From Lingula anatina (lineage: Eukaryota; Animalia; Brachiopoda): 64,000 bases of DNA. The position numbers and the translations under genes are program-made. Location of the stretch: contig CM120643.1 of the NCBI GenBank assembly GCA_051362555.1, positions 12,870,644 through 12,934,643 of the forward strand, given 5' to 3'. Below are positions 1 through 31,013 of the stretch, piece after piece (the first letter of the stretch is position 1; each line of letters opens with the position of its first letter). The notes under the pieces are model-generated. The model was given only the letters and a program-made list of their open reading frames with translations. It ran no database searches and was not told where the DNA came from.

Positions 1-515
1 CCTCCTGCAGGCCAAGGACCTTTCCCTCTTGGGTTAGAATGCTGCTGTCCTGCAGGATTGTACCTACTATTTTGTGCTGAAGCCCTGTATTCCTCGGATA
101 GGTATAACCTTCCCTTATCCCCATATTTTCCTCCAAATGAGGACCTACCATGGGGCGCTCTGTATGAGTCATTTCCGGATTCAGGCCCAGAGGCTCTAAA
201 TGGGGGTTCTGCAGGTGCTGGGGCCCCTTGGCCAGATTTTTGAGGTGCAGGAAATCTCCTTGCCTGGGTTATCACATTTTGCATCTCTGCCTTACTGCTC
301 AGTAATAGCTTGATTATCTGTCCATTGATCTTCCCTTCCATCATCATGGCCCTCCTGGCATCTTCATCTGTGGAGAAGGCAATAAAAGCATCCCCACTGG
401 TTCCTCCGATGATGTGAACACCTCCATCTGGGATAGAAAGCCCTTGAAAAAACTTCCTAATGTCCAGGGCATTGGCAGTCCAAGGTAGCCCCTGCAGTCG
501 TATTATCACTGACAT
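1..515 (-). CDS. RBM12: RNA-binding protein 12/12B-like (RRM), N-terminal part; runs off the window start
   Basis: Minus-strand translation from ATG at 515: MSVIIRLQGLPWTANALDIRKFFQGLSIPDGGVHIIGGTSGDAFIAFSTDEDARRAMMMEGKINGQIIKLLLSSKAEMQNVI..., the characteristic N-terminal RRM of RBM12/RBM12B. Open to position 1. Acceptor (ttctcttccag) at 570-572 just upstream of the ATG. Confidence 0.9.
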   Translation of the reverse strand, partial: MSVIIRLQGLPWTANALDIRKFFQGLSIPDGGVHIIGGTSGDAFIAFSTDEDARRAMMMEGKINGQIIKLLLSSKAEMQNVITQARRFPAPQKSGQGAPAPAEPPFRASGPESGNDSYRAPHGRSSFGGKYGDKGRLYLSEEYRASAQNSRYNPAGQQHSNPRGKGPWPAG

Positions 516-1553
516 AATAATATTTACTGCTGTGCAACTGGTATCATGTAGATGATTCAGGGTTCAATACTGGAAGAGAAAAAGCATTTTGTTTAAAAAA
601 AAAAAAAAAAAAAAAATAATAATAATAATGTTTATGTACAACTAAAATAGTTGGATTGTATAATAATATATAACTAAACATAACTGCTTATTTACTAAAT
701 GAAATAATATTAGTAAAATTGTTAATTAAAAATGTTAAGATGGAATCAAAAATATGGTACTCCATGGATATTTAAAAATACCTTAATAGTCATTTAAAAA
801 CACACAAAAAGTTAAGTTTTTAAGTTATCATTGCCCATGGTATGAAAGTTATTGAAGATCTGATAGTTCTCAATATTGGTATGGTATATTTTTAAGTCTG
901 ACACAGAGTACATTATATTTTCCCATTTAATTTGCCTCAGGCAGTAGATGGTGTGTTTTATGATCTTTGGGCATATTGTGGAGCAATGCTTTAGATAGCT
1001 TATTCCTCCTGCTGGCAAGTGTTAAACAGTTAGAAATTGTGAGTCCCCTTTCATATGAACTTTCACATTAACTGACATTAAGTAGCAATAAATTCATTAA
1101 CAGAAATCCCTTTGAACTTTGAAACCTCATAATTTTACCTTTAGATATTTTTTCTAAATTATATTTTAATATTAATATAATCAAACTTTTTTTTTCAACT
1201 TCAAACTAAAAAATAAACTCGTTGATAGAAAGTGGGATACGATAATATCATGTCATCTAAAGCTTTTTCCATACTGCAGGGTAAACACGAAGTTCCTTTT
1301 GATGAGCTGCCAAAATCATTTGTGCAAGGAAAAGAAAATGACGCAGGGGATTCCCCCCCATTTCCCCCCACGCCTCCCGCTGGTAAACAATATTTGCTTT
1401 ATCATTCACGGAAGTTTTTTCACAAAATCTGCCCTTTATAGTAGCTTCCAAAGTTTTTGAGGATTATATGCCACTGCTCTTATATCAATATATGATAAAA
1501 TCTACTTGAATTTGCGTGAGGTTACCCCAAGAAAGGAATAAAAACTCGCTCAC

Positions 1554-1714
1554 CTCACATTTTGCCTTGACACGAGCGGCTGAAGCTTCTGTTATCAGAA
1601 GCTCAGAAGCACACGGAAATTCGCTATTTGATTGGTCCCTTTTGTAAATATAAAAATTTGACCAATCAACTCGTGTAACCTGTAACAGGTGCGGTCCTTC
1701 CATTCCAAACAACA
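1554..1714. promoter_or_regulatory. Bidirectional promoter RBM12 / TMEM67, including the probable non-coding first exon of RBM12
   Basis: Minus-strand donor GAG|GTGAGC at 1553. Inverted pair of CCAAT boxes (ttgattggtc 1628-1637 / gaccaatcaa 1660-1669). ETS-like CGGAA at ~1614. TMEM67 ATG at 1715. Confidence 0.65.
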
Positions 1715-19322
<17,608 letters not shown>

Positions 19323-21761
19323 AGTCCAGTTTTTTTCCTGGACTTATTCAGTTTGAGGAATTGATGATCTCCATTTGTTCTTTTGCACTTAGACAGCAGC
19401 AGTTATTTTTTGAAAGGAAACTAAACGAGAAGACCTGCATCAAAATTTGCATTTTATGCTTGTTGAACTGACATTGTAAAGGTCAACTTAATAATACTTT
19501 GATTTTACCATTGTTAAGCACTTTGCTTATAAAGAGAACTGAATTTGCAGAAAGTCTAGAGCTTGCATTCATGCTGTGTGTTATTCATCTTACAGCCTTA
19601 CTTTTCGTTGGAATCAGTAGAACTCCTGCTGTTTAACAAAGGCCAATGTGCAAATGACTTTAAATTTTTAATTAAAATTAATTTTATCCTTTGGTTTATG
19701 AAATACAAAGGTGTCAGCAGATTTTATGTTCTTTCATAATGTTATTCCATTTTGATGCCAGAAGTATTAAGAAATAGTTTGTATCAAATTTAATTTTAAT
19801 GTGTAAATCTGTGTATTATGTACATGTATAGGACTTTTGTAGTGTATATTTATGTATAGTACACATGTGTCTGTGTAATACATGAAGTGGTGCCAATAGC
19901 AGTAACCATTATATATTTTTGTTTATGAACTCTTGTGAACATGATAAATGTATATTTTGTGTAATTGCTTTGGATATTATGCATTTTATTATTAAATGCC
20001 TGAATAATTATTTTTTAAAACGATACACTTGTAAAGAGATGTTTGTGTGTGAAATTATATTCTGTTGTCCGTCCATTGAACAAAAATAAAGAGAAACATG
20101 CTTGAATTTGGAAACAAGCCATTTTCTTTCTGATTGTGTTTTCCACATTATTTATGGTTGACGTGATGTAACGATCTCAGATTGTCGCTGTGTTCAGGTG
20201 GTAGGTTTTCACTTCTTTATACGTTAAAATTTATAGAATTTTATGAGTAACATAAAACGCGTTTGGTGAAAAGATCGTGTTAAACAAAATTTTGGTATTT
20301 GTCATAAATTTGCAAAAAATGAGTTGTCTTAACAAAAACTGGTGCGCCTACAACCACTGTTGCTTTGCGCGTTTACTGTATCACGGGTTTCTCTAAAATG
20401 TACGTTTCAAACGGCATAATGTTGGGTCCTTTCCTTTTATATATGCCCGACTTCGGCTACTTCGTGATAGCTTCCAAATCAGAGGGATTACACCAGCTTA
20501 AAACGCCACACAAACGCTCCAGGCATCAAGTTGAGGACGGAACAGTTTCAGAACGTCACATAAATTGTCATGGTTGTGCCGAAGACCGCAAAAATGCTGC
20601 GATTGTGTTTTTGGTTGTGACTTTGTGAAAGTCTCCAACTGCGTTATGAGCGCTTTACTTGTGTACAAACATGATTGTTTTTCCAGAGTCCCGAGATAAA
20701 AAAGAGCCGAATGCATTTGCTAAGCAACCACTAATTACGCCATCTGTGGATCGCAAATTTACTCATAAGCTAGCCTGAAATTCATATCTGTGAAATATTC
20801 ACAGAATATATGGCATTTTTTTTTTGTTATATCATGACTACTATAATATTTAATGTAATATAACGTTTCACTTTCAAGTGATTTTTTCCTTTGATGTGAA
20901 GTTTAAATATTCTGTCTTGGTTGGACCAATAAAATGTTTGTTTTATCAGTAGCGTTTCTTAAGTTTTCCGCTACTGCCCATGTTGGATGTCGCAGCGTAG
21001 ATAATTCTTCGTAATATCTTGCCACTGCAATAAAGGAAAATGTACATGTACCAGTCCGTGTTGTAACGGATGTAAGACTTGCGAGTGGGTAATATCTAAC
21101 GTATTTTTCAGATGCAAAAACAGTTAAGCGCATATTGACACGTTTCGTCTTGGCTGTCACGTATTTCACATACATGTATTACCAAAATTGGTGACACTCA
21201 TTTAATTATAATAATGTTATTATTATTATTATGAGTTGCTGAGACAAGTTATGCAGTCTATTCTGGCGCAGTAGGATTCGTAGACACAGTCGTTTATGTA
21301 GAGAAGAACGTCAAGAAAAAAATTACTTTAAATGATGAAGGGTGCAACTGTTTTGAAAATGCTAAGTGTACTCAAGAAGAGCGAGTGAGGTCACGCAGGT
21401 CACGTGAGATGATCCCATTGTTCTTTGTTAAGTCACAAACTAGGTTTAGTTGTGTTCATTTGTAGGCGTGTTTTTCATAAAACTGCCGTTACAACATTTG
21501 CGTTTTTTTCTTGAAAGGATTGAGAAAAGGTCCTTTGTCTCTTTGTTTTATGTTTATTTCAAGATGCGATGAACAAAGTGGACTTTTGATTGGCTCCTTC
21601 ATTTGTTAACATGTGCAGTCGCCAAATAACTAGGCGCACTGAATGCATGCGTGCGTACATGTGTGTGGTGGTGAGCGTGTTTAGTAGCTTTTTTTCTCAT
21701 CTTTTTACCATGTATTTTATTACGATTTTCAAAACAAAAGATTGAATACTGCTATGGTATA

Positions 21762-21810
<49 letters not shown>

Positions 21811-22728
21811 CGGACGGCACTTAAAGAAAATGACAATCTACAAACAACGTTAAGTTACAGCTTGGTGAACATCACATCAACAATGAAATAATTAATAACG
21901 AACCGTACGTAACACTGTAATGGTTATATGTAAAAAGAACGTATAAAAGTCAACAGCCTAGACAATGGTTGGGCATATGGCGAGCAAAACAAGAAGTCAA
22001 GAATAGATTTCCAGTATCTCCATTTTGCCAAGAAATATTACTACTCTTTTTTGTGAAGTACACTTTTTCTGTTTCAAATTTTGTTTTGATATAAAAAAAG
22101 AAAAGAAGGGAATTCAATTGAAGAACTTAAAGCTTCAGGGAATCCGTTTTTTATCACCAATCTAGCGTTTCATATAATTTTTGTTATGTTATATATGTAT
22201 AGATAAATATGGCGCACATCTTTCCTCTCATCTCTACAAACAAAGGCAGGTTTTCTCTGACATATCATTACCAACTTTCTCATTTATAGTAGGTTGAAAC
22301 CACTGTATTTTTGCAGACTATGAGTGGTTCGTCATCGGCCTAGGTTTTTTTAGTAGTTCACATCTTCATTCGTATTTTGTAGCATCGTAATTCTGTTCTA
22401 TTAGTACGGGTATAGATCAAGGGCAGTGTGTCCGCACCCGACCCCTTTCCGAATGGCGGGCGGCAGCCAAACGGGAGATTTTCTGAGCATATGACGTTCA
22501 GTCATGCACGGCATTCCCATTGTTTCATTACAAAGAACAAATGACCCTTATTTGTCTGTAGATGCCCGTCACACCCTAAATTGGAGTTCGAAGATGCCAT
22601 CACATCATTTTTTCGTAAATGATTATTCAAAGATGACTTAAAGCCAGGTTCAGTCATACCTGGGGGTAATAGTCTTGTTTGTAATACCCTCTAGCGTGTC
22701 CACTGGTGCCAAAGTGTTACACCCTCTA

Positions 22729-22980
22729 AGGGTCCATTCCCAATAAATGCATCATTCTACGTAGATCGATCCAACCCTTCGGGGACTCTCGCTAAATGCA
22801 ATCAGATTAAAAGATTAACTGGCCACCTCCTGAGGTCGAGTAGAATACGGAAAAGATGGCGATTATTCGAGTACGTTAGGAGCAAGAGAAGGCGCGCCAT
22901 TCAATAATTCTGATTGTATTCAGCGAGAGTCCCCGCCGAGTTGGATCAAACTACGTAGGGCGATAGTTTTATTGGGAAGG
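22729..22980. mobile_element. Second copy of the same MITE family
   Basis: Same TIRs (tagatcgatccaac...ctctcgctaaatgcaatcaga / tctgattgtattcagcgagagtcc...gttggatc). Confidence 0.78.
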
Positions 22981-25900
22981 ATATTCTCAGATCGGACTCG
23001 CATCCAACAATTTTAAAGAAAGATTCTTTTTTTGCCCTCTTTTTTGACCCCTTTCAAATATGGCAGAGAGCCTAGGTCGTTTTTTTATATTGATCAGAAC
23101 TTTTTGCGACCAAGAGAAAGGTTCTTTCTAGCTCTCTTTCTCCCTGTTTTTTATTAAAATAAATGAAATTACATTTGATCACGGAGAACGCCGGACTCTC
23201 CTTTAAAAGCAACTGTATAAATTGTTTATCTAATTCGAACCTTTACCTTAAAGTATATTTCGAAAATATTGCACCCTAAACTTTAAATTGAGTGCTCTCA
23301 GATTCCTTAAATAGGTTACTATGTGTAAAAAAAATTGAATTCTATTTTTGATCAGAGAACCAAGTTACCCGAGCACGAGTTGTAAAATCCGAGACCTCAC
23401 AATCTCGTGACGTACCCATATTTGATCCTTAACTTGGAACGACTCACGCAAACTGGTACTATTTGCTAGCAGATGTATCACAGGTCGCTGGACATGGACA
23501 GAGGCCATAAGCAGCCCGTTTATTTCGTTTAAAAAGGGTGGGTTGATAGAGAGGAGGAGTGGCAGACCCGATTTTGGAAAGAGATATCGATAAAAAAATG
23601 ATATGGATTCGTCACTTAGGTCTAAACGCAGTGAAATGTTTTTACACACGCACGAAAGGTTTGCAAACTCTGTTGATTTTGTAATTTTGGCAAACTAGAA
23701 TCAAAGTTCCATTTTCTGGGTCTGGTCATTTTCAATTACCGACCTTTATTGTGGTCCTCTTGGCTATTTCAAAACTCACCGGCCATCATCTTACCCCCGT
23801 CGAAACTCAAAAATATAGATATACGTTTGAAACACCATTCCTTTTTCCTGACTCGGTTTAGGTCGATCATTTTCTTCGCTTGGTTTAGGTCGGTCTTTTC
23901 ATTCATTTGGTTTAAGTTGATTGGCAGGTTTCAAGTGCTCCCTGCATTTTCGCTTCACGTAAAAGTGCAATTTTTTAGCACGAAGTAGTAATCCATAATC
24001 TTAAAAGAGACATAAAGTGTCCTGAGCACTGAAACAGTCGATATAAAAAGAAACTGATGGATTTCAGACATTGAAAAATTCCGTATTCTGTACTTTCAAA
24101 ACATTCGATTTCGAATCCTTTCTCTCTCTATGCAGCTACATGTAGCCCAATATTTACACCCCAAATAGCATGTAAATGATTATGTAACAAAAACATATAC
24201 AAGTGTTTTTTCCCTGCTTCAAATCGTGCAGGAGGTAATTCATACCTACAGATGTGACACTCTACATCAATCTTCCTTGAGAAAAAGGGCAAGTTCTGCT
24301 GTATAATGAATTTTCCGTATTATCATTATCATTTTGTATACCCATATCATTATTCAGATAAATAAATCTCCATTATCAATTATTTCTGACGTTGTATATT
24401 TCGTGAGAGACCCCTTAATGCATTAAATTGTATGCATTTCATCATTTTACTAACTGAAATTTAACTATTTGAAATTGGGGTTGAGTTTTCATGGTTTCTA
24501 TGCGTGTCTTGTCGTAAATAGCTTTGCTTTTTTCCCTTTATTTTCTTTTGGTTTAGCAAACAAAGAAAAGCTTTCACAATGATTCAGATTTAGTCACACT
24601 GATGAAATGTTAGCATGTCAATGTACCTTTAATGCACTTAAACATGATAAAATATGCTTTGTTCCATGATTTTTAAAGCAAAAAATAAGACAGGTTAGTG
24701 TGTTTAAACCAGTTTTTCGTGTAATTACTTTAGTCCGAGTTTTAATCATTTTATCTTTCTCCTTTTCTGATTTTAACCCCCATAAAAGGGAAGGGGAGGA
24801 GAACAGGTCTAAAAGATCAGTAGAACAGTTGCTAACCAGCTTCATCTTCGACGACGTTGGTCGACATATCAGCCTTTCACTTAAAATTCAAGAGTATCAA
24901 CTTTTGAAAAAAAAAACACGAGAAATTTGCATCTTTATAACGAGGCCATTGGACACAAGAAAGTGAAAGTATGGAAAGTCAGCTATTTTGTTCGTAAAGA
25001 GTTCATCAAATTTCCTTTTCTCTTCTGAAAACCACCTTCTCGGCAGCCTTCATGGGCGTAAACAGCTGCGAATATCATTGGCTGTCCTTTAATATCGTTA
25101 CCGCTGTTAAGAAATGTTTGAGCAATCCAGACTCCTTTCTACCACATAAAGACTGACGTAGAGAGCAATTTATTCTCATATAATTCTCATAAACCCCATG
25201 TTTGACTATATATATTGTTTAACTCAAAGTGCCTGTGCCGCTTGATTTGTCTTAGTAACAAATAAAAAAATTGGGGGATTTGGTTGCAATCAACATTTTT
25301 TGCACCAACGATTTCCATAAGCAGCATATTACAAGTTCATCAGCGTCGATTTCAGAAGGATTGTTTGTAAAAAAAAAGTATTGTGATGCATTGTCACTTG
25401 TCACGCAAGCAGAATGAGGTCACGTTTTTAGTTCTTAACTCATATTCCTCTAAAAGGAAGGTTATGTGAACGCGCAAACAAACACAAGACGAACACAAGA
25501 CAACGGGTGTTTATTCCTGCTGTTCCATGTTCAAAGAGGCACACAAAAAGGGAGTAAAAGGACTACGGCCGATAGTGTTTCCGCTCGTGCATAACAACTA
25601 CCTTCTACCAGAGCCAATGGGATTTGTTTTTCGCTAGATATTTCTCTGGCGGTTCACTAGCTATACATGCATATGAGCATTTTTGTTCAGTGCTGTGCCC
25701 TGCGAGGATATATGCATAGTCACTTAGACTGTATATGGAGTCACCAACCGGCCGGCATCAGGGATGGAGTTGATAATTGCCACGTGGCTTTTTAGTGCTC
25801 ATTCAGGAGTGTCTTGAAAACTTTCAACAATGAATCCCTTTTCTTCGATTTGACGTAGGATGAGACATACCGGCATAGTTTTAATATATCTACAGTTCTG

Positions 25901-27976
25901 AAATTGCTGTATTACGTCTCCCTTGCATTACTAATATCAGCACCGTTCACTTCTGAATCTCGAGTTGATTGGACATTTGCATGCTGACGGTTGGACTGGA
26001 ATTGCTCATGAACATTCAGCGAAAATACTAAGGCCATTGTTGGCGCTTTGTAAGCGGATTAAATTAGCAATAAAAACATAATATATTGCACGCATGCTAT
26101 ACCGTGGCCACGAGGCAGAGGCAAGTTAACGTCCATCACGTTAAGTGAGATTGCATGCGGTTAAAATTGGGCAATGACACGCTAAGTTAAAGATGGATCC
26201 AGAACCCAAAACTTCCTCTACATCAAATAATTATATTCCAAAAAATAATTGAAAAAATAAGAACAAAAAAGATCATGCTATTTGCACCGTTTGTTATGAA
26301 GGCCGAGCTAACATTATCTCAACGTTTTTGTAATGTCCACATAACTGGTTTCTACAAAAAGCTTTGTCGTTAATGAATTTTAATTAAAATCTCTACGCAA
26401 AACGTAAGTCATTATTTGAAGTTGTTTCTACGATGAAATGTGTTATTTGCTTGCAATAATTTACTTATATACATAAATAAATAAGCAAATCAGTTGAAAC
26501 ACGTAAGTGCACAGACAAGCAAACAATATACAAACAAGAATTAATGAATATGAAAAAGTTAAATAAATAACTATGAATAAATGCTATTTGCAACAATTGG
26601 TAAATCCCTGTAGTCACGTAAGTTTTCAGTCAGTCTAAAAAAAAAAAAAAAAAAAAAAACAACATCATCGTGTAAAATGATTATAAGTATATACTTGTTT
26701 CATCATTCCTACGTTTTGTGTATTTCATGCCCGGTCATCGCAAATATTGCAGCCCTCACGAAAAGTGAAAAGGAAAAAAATGAGCGTGCGATAGTAAATA
26801 TTTAAAGGTATTCTTGTCAAGACGTAGGTGACAAATCTGCTCCTCTCCAGATCTCGTAAAAGTCAGGGGACGGTCTCTTCTTACATCTGCTAACGTCCCC
26901 GCAGTAAAATAAGAACCGTGGATGATTTTTTTTCCACTGAGGCGAAGAAAACTTTTGAACTCAAATGGGTGTGGCCATACATATACCGCGTAAATAAGCC
27001 GTTTGTTTTCTTTTACATGGGAGTTATTTGCGTTGCATGGAATATATTGTCTTTTTTCTTAACACACATTTAATAATCATGTGGCAAGGTACATGTACGT
27101 ATACCCAAATATCATATGGTCCGAATGCTTACAGCTTTGTGAGGTCTTAGGCAAATCAGAGCCTTCATCTCAACTTAAATGCTTTTTCAGTTCTCAAGTT
27201 CATAATGTTTAAATTTTTTTCTCTTCCGTCTCATAACATTTCATACATATTCTCTAGTCTAGTCCGAGAACGAGTGCAAGAAGACAATTATTTCTTTGTC
27301 AAAGTCTATCCTGTAATCCAATGTACCGTTTAGTGCAAAAGACCTCTTTCATAGACCTGCATTTTCTGAACGATGGGCAATATAAAATCTTATTCATACA
27401 TAAAGAATTAAAGCTTATGAACAATTACCTCAGTCCTTTTGACGCACATTTACCCCCTTCAAATAAAATAAATTAAATTAAATTAAATTATTTTTGGGGA
27501 ATTGTTGCCTACTACAGTAAGGCTTTCACTAAAACTGTAATAAAGATGAAAATGGTTAAGATTCAAATGACAAATGCACTTAGACGGTGTCACGATTAAC
27601 GAAGGTGGGAATTTTATCATGCCATTTATCAAGGGGGGTTTTCTGCGAACAAATGGCGATGGTGTAAATCCTATTTTGACACGACAGCCAAACCAAAGTG
27701 GGCTGGGGGTGACGTCCTCTTGGCTCCGCCCTATGCAAAACAGCCAGTCTTTTTCCAATAATTCTTCGATTCTCAGGACTCAAAATGTAAAACACAACGC
27801 AGAGTGCAGTTTGACAATTTTTAAAAAGTCAAATATTATTAATTGTAAAAGAAACAAAGTTTGCCTTCGCCGTTGAATAAATATGCAAAAACTCAGTGCT
27901 GTTTGTAAGTTGAATCGATTTGAGCGTGCGGAACCTCCGACGCTAAGAAATAATGAGCTGTGGCCTTAAGGGTCAA

Positions 27977-27984
27977 TATATAAG
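27977..27984 (+). promoter_or_regulatory. TATA box of Ala-rich gene A
   Basis: TATATAAG 70 nt upstream of ATG 28047. Confidence 0.7.
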
Positions 27985-28046
27985 GCTGTACATGCCACCC
28001 TCAGCTACAGGTACTTCTCCTCGTCGACCACTCTCAACTCTTCATC

Positions 28047-29116
28047 ATGAAGCTGATCATCCTTGCTCTCTGCGTTGCCTACACTTGCGCCTTCGGCAAG
28101 TTCGGATATGACTTCAGGTAGGCTATGAAAAACTGAAATGGCTTCACAGCTAGGGATTTTAATGCAGATTTCTTAAGGATCAAAAATATGAGAAAACAAT
28201 GCTCTGAAAACTTTTTAGAATTGTTGCCGGTTCTTTTATCATTTAAACAATTATACAGAATGTTTGGTGATGATATATTTGCATTGAGTTTAATTCTAAA
28301 TGATAGGGATAAAAGCAATTAAGCAAAAAGTAAGCGCTCGATTTTTCTTATTGAAATTCGAAATTGATTAAGTTGATATACTTCAGTTAGCTTATAAGTA
28401 TTTTTAACTACCGTTTTGTTTTCAGCGCTGGAGAGGCCTTGAAGGCTTCCGCCAATAACCGCGCTGCTGCCGCCGCCAACGCCGCTGCCAACGCCAGAGC
28501 TGCTGCCAACGCTGAGGCTGCTGCTGCCGCCAACGCCCAGGCTGCTGCCGCCAACGCCAAGAGAACCGCCCACGCCGCTGCTGCTGCTGCTGCTGCCGCC
28601 GAGGCTGTTGCTGCCAGCAAGGCCGCCACCGCCCAGGAGAAGGCCGCTGCCGCCGCTGCTGCTGAGGATGCCGCTGGTGCTGCTCGCGTTGCCGCCAATG
28701 AGGCCGCTGATGCCGCTACTATTGCTGAGAACACCGCTGCCCGCGCTCGTGCTGCTGCTGCTGTCGCTGCTGATGCCGCCGCCAGAGCTGCTGCCGTAGC
28801 CGGTTCCGCTGCCTCCAAGGCTGCCGCATCTGACAATGCTGCTGATGGTGCTGCGGTCGCTGCTGCTGCTGCTGCCAACGATGCTGCTGCCGCTGCCCAA
28901 AACGAAGCTGGCGTCAGAGCTGCCGTCAGAGCTAGAGCCGCCGCTGCCGCCAGAGCTGCCGCTGCCGCCAGAGCCGCCGCTGCTGCCAGAGCCGCCGCTG
29001 CCGCCAGAGCCGCTGCTGCCGCCAGAGCCGCCGCTGCCGCCAGAGCTGTCAAGGGCTACGGTGGTTACGGATACTCTGGTTACGGATACGGTGGTTACGG
29101 AAAGAATGTTTATTAA
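28047..29116 (+). CDS. Secreted alanine-rich coiled-coil (silk-like) protein A, subtype 1, 253 aa
   Basis: Exon 1 28047-28117 (MKLIILALCVAYTCAFGKFGYDF, signal peptide), phase-2 GT-AG intron, exon 2 28426-29116 (~58% Ala, (RAAAAA)6, tail GYGGYGYSGYGYGGYGKNVY). 3'UTR intron 29120-29399; AATAAA at ~29517. Confidence 0.9.
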
Positions 29117-29191
29117 ACGGTAAACATCTGCATTCGTTTCTTGTTGCTATGAATATTATTAATTTATTGAATATGACAAAAATTTAACAAA

Positions 29192-29222
<31 letters not shown>

Positions 29223-29953
29223 ATGGAAACCATTTTATAATGTACTGGCATTCAATCGTCATATGTATTTTGAGTTACGCCCATTAAAGTGGAATATGAA
29301 AAAAACATATAATATGAGTAAATATATGCACAAATGATACAACACTAGAAAATAATAGTTTGTTATATATATGATTCTTCTGTTTTGTTTTTCTTCTAGG
29401 TTTGCGGAGGGATATAAACAGTTATGGAATTCTCTTACGACCGAACATCGTCGATAGAATATACATTCTGCTGTCGTTTGCTGAATTTTGTACTTATTAT
29501 AGTAGTACTGTGATAAAATAAAAATAAAAAGTATATAAAAATTTATGCAACTGTCTTTTTTTCTACCTAGTAATATTTGTCTCATCTTAATCTTTATCAT
29601 TCAAACTCTGTAATTAAGCCAAGACGTCAGTCAGACGCGTTACCTTTTGTAACGTACATGAATGCTTTGAACCATATTTAAGCATCAAAGATTTGTTCAT
29701 TTTCTTTCTCATTGGAATAACATCGAAAACAAAACATTTATTTATATAACTGCTTCTGTAAAATCGAAAAAACTTTTTTTCAGTACCTTTGCATTTGCTT
29801 AAAATGGAAATAAACACCATAAAATATATAATTTCAACTACATTAAAAGCTAAAAAAAATATGCAACCTAAAATTTCTTTGTTTCTCGTGAATGTTCACA
29901 TTTCACTATTGAGGAGGATCTTGACACTTCTTCACGAATGTGCATGTAAATGT

Positions 29954-30201
29954 CAGTGGCGTATCTGGGATTCTGCTAAAGAGGGTGGGGGTGGGGGTGG
30001 AGAGGTGGAGTGGGGGGGGGGGGCACTGGTGGCGCAGGAATAACAATATATAACAGGATGATAATACACACAACAGAAAATGAGGGAATTTTACGACATA
30101 GGTAGCGCACAGGATGCCTGGTGGGGGGGGGGGGAAGTGGAGGATAATTCCAGGTGCTCAGAAAATGGTACTTGTTTGGTGTGTTTCTAGATTCACCACT
30201 G
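29954..30201. mobile_element. Possible short non-autonomous DNA transposon
   Basis: Imperfect terminal inverted repeats cagtggcgtatctgg / ctagattcaccactg around G-rich tracts; no clear target-site duplication. Confidence 0.4.
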
Positions 30202-30978
30202 ACGTAACTGTTCTATAATTTAAGTATCATGGCAGTTTCATCCCACTATTCTGTTTTTTGAATAAAAAGGCGCGTCTACCTGTGCAAGGCATGACGTCAT
30301 CAAGATGCCAAATCTGTTACAAACTACCGTACATAAAACTAATCTCTCCCATCAATTGAGTACAGTTTTAATGACAGAACGGAAACTTCCACAGTTGCAC
30401 AGCGCACTCCTCGTGCGACACAAATTTCATTTCAAGATCGCGTGACGCGTAAAATGATAAGCGGCGATCTTGAAAGAGATGCATGTTACTGTCGAGCTAG
30501 AGTTTTGCTGCTTGGAGGTTGATGAACACGTGTATTTCCGTTATTCTTTGGAGGATTGCCTGTCACTGTACTATTAGATCTTGTTACAATGTAGTTCATT
30601 AATTGTATATGAGACTGAAGGGGATGCGTACACTGGAAGGGCGCAGTTTATGTTGTTCCAGTCGCGGTTTCAGGGTTTAAATTTGTGAATTTTTTTGGAG
30701 GGGGGGGGGGGGGGGGGGGGCGTGCCTCGAGGCAAAAGAGGTTTTGCTTCGCTTATTTGCAAGATACTTACCTATAAGATAAATGAATAATTAAAGGTGC
30801 TTCAGAGGCACACGTAACTCCCCCGACCCGCGATCTGTTGTTTGACCCCTGTTCATATGAGCCAAGATGAAATTTTTAATGAGTCACGACATTTCTGTTT
30901 GTTTGTGAACACTTAATATAGGACACTTTGGATATAGCACATAAACACGCACTACACTAAACTGAATATTTACTATTC

Positions 30979-31013
<35 letters not shown>

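Noticed and set aside
58-243. Plus-strand 61-aa ORF
   Set aside because: Antisense shadow of the RBM12 CDS.
20100-27900. Short intergenic ORFs (e.g. 20365, 20903, 23365, 24700, 27574)
   Set aside because: No recognisable motifs, no consistent exon chain, and lengths expected by chance.
28426-29116. Type I (flounder-like) alanine-rich antifreeze protein
   Set aside because: No regular Thr every 11 residues; the period is heptad and the GY tails point to a structural role. Not excluded without an ice-binding assay.
30430-30475. 12-bp inverted repeat tttcaagatcgc / gcgatcttgaaa near a TGACGTCA site
   Set aside because: Isolated, with no second copy or boundaries seen; cannot distinguish a transposon relic from chance.
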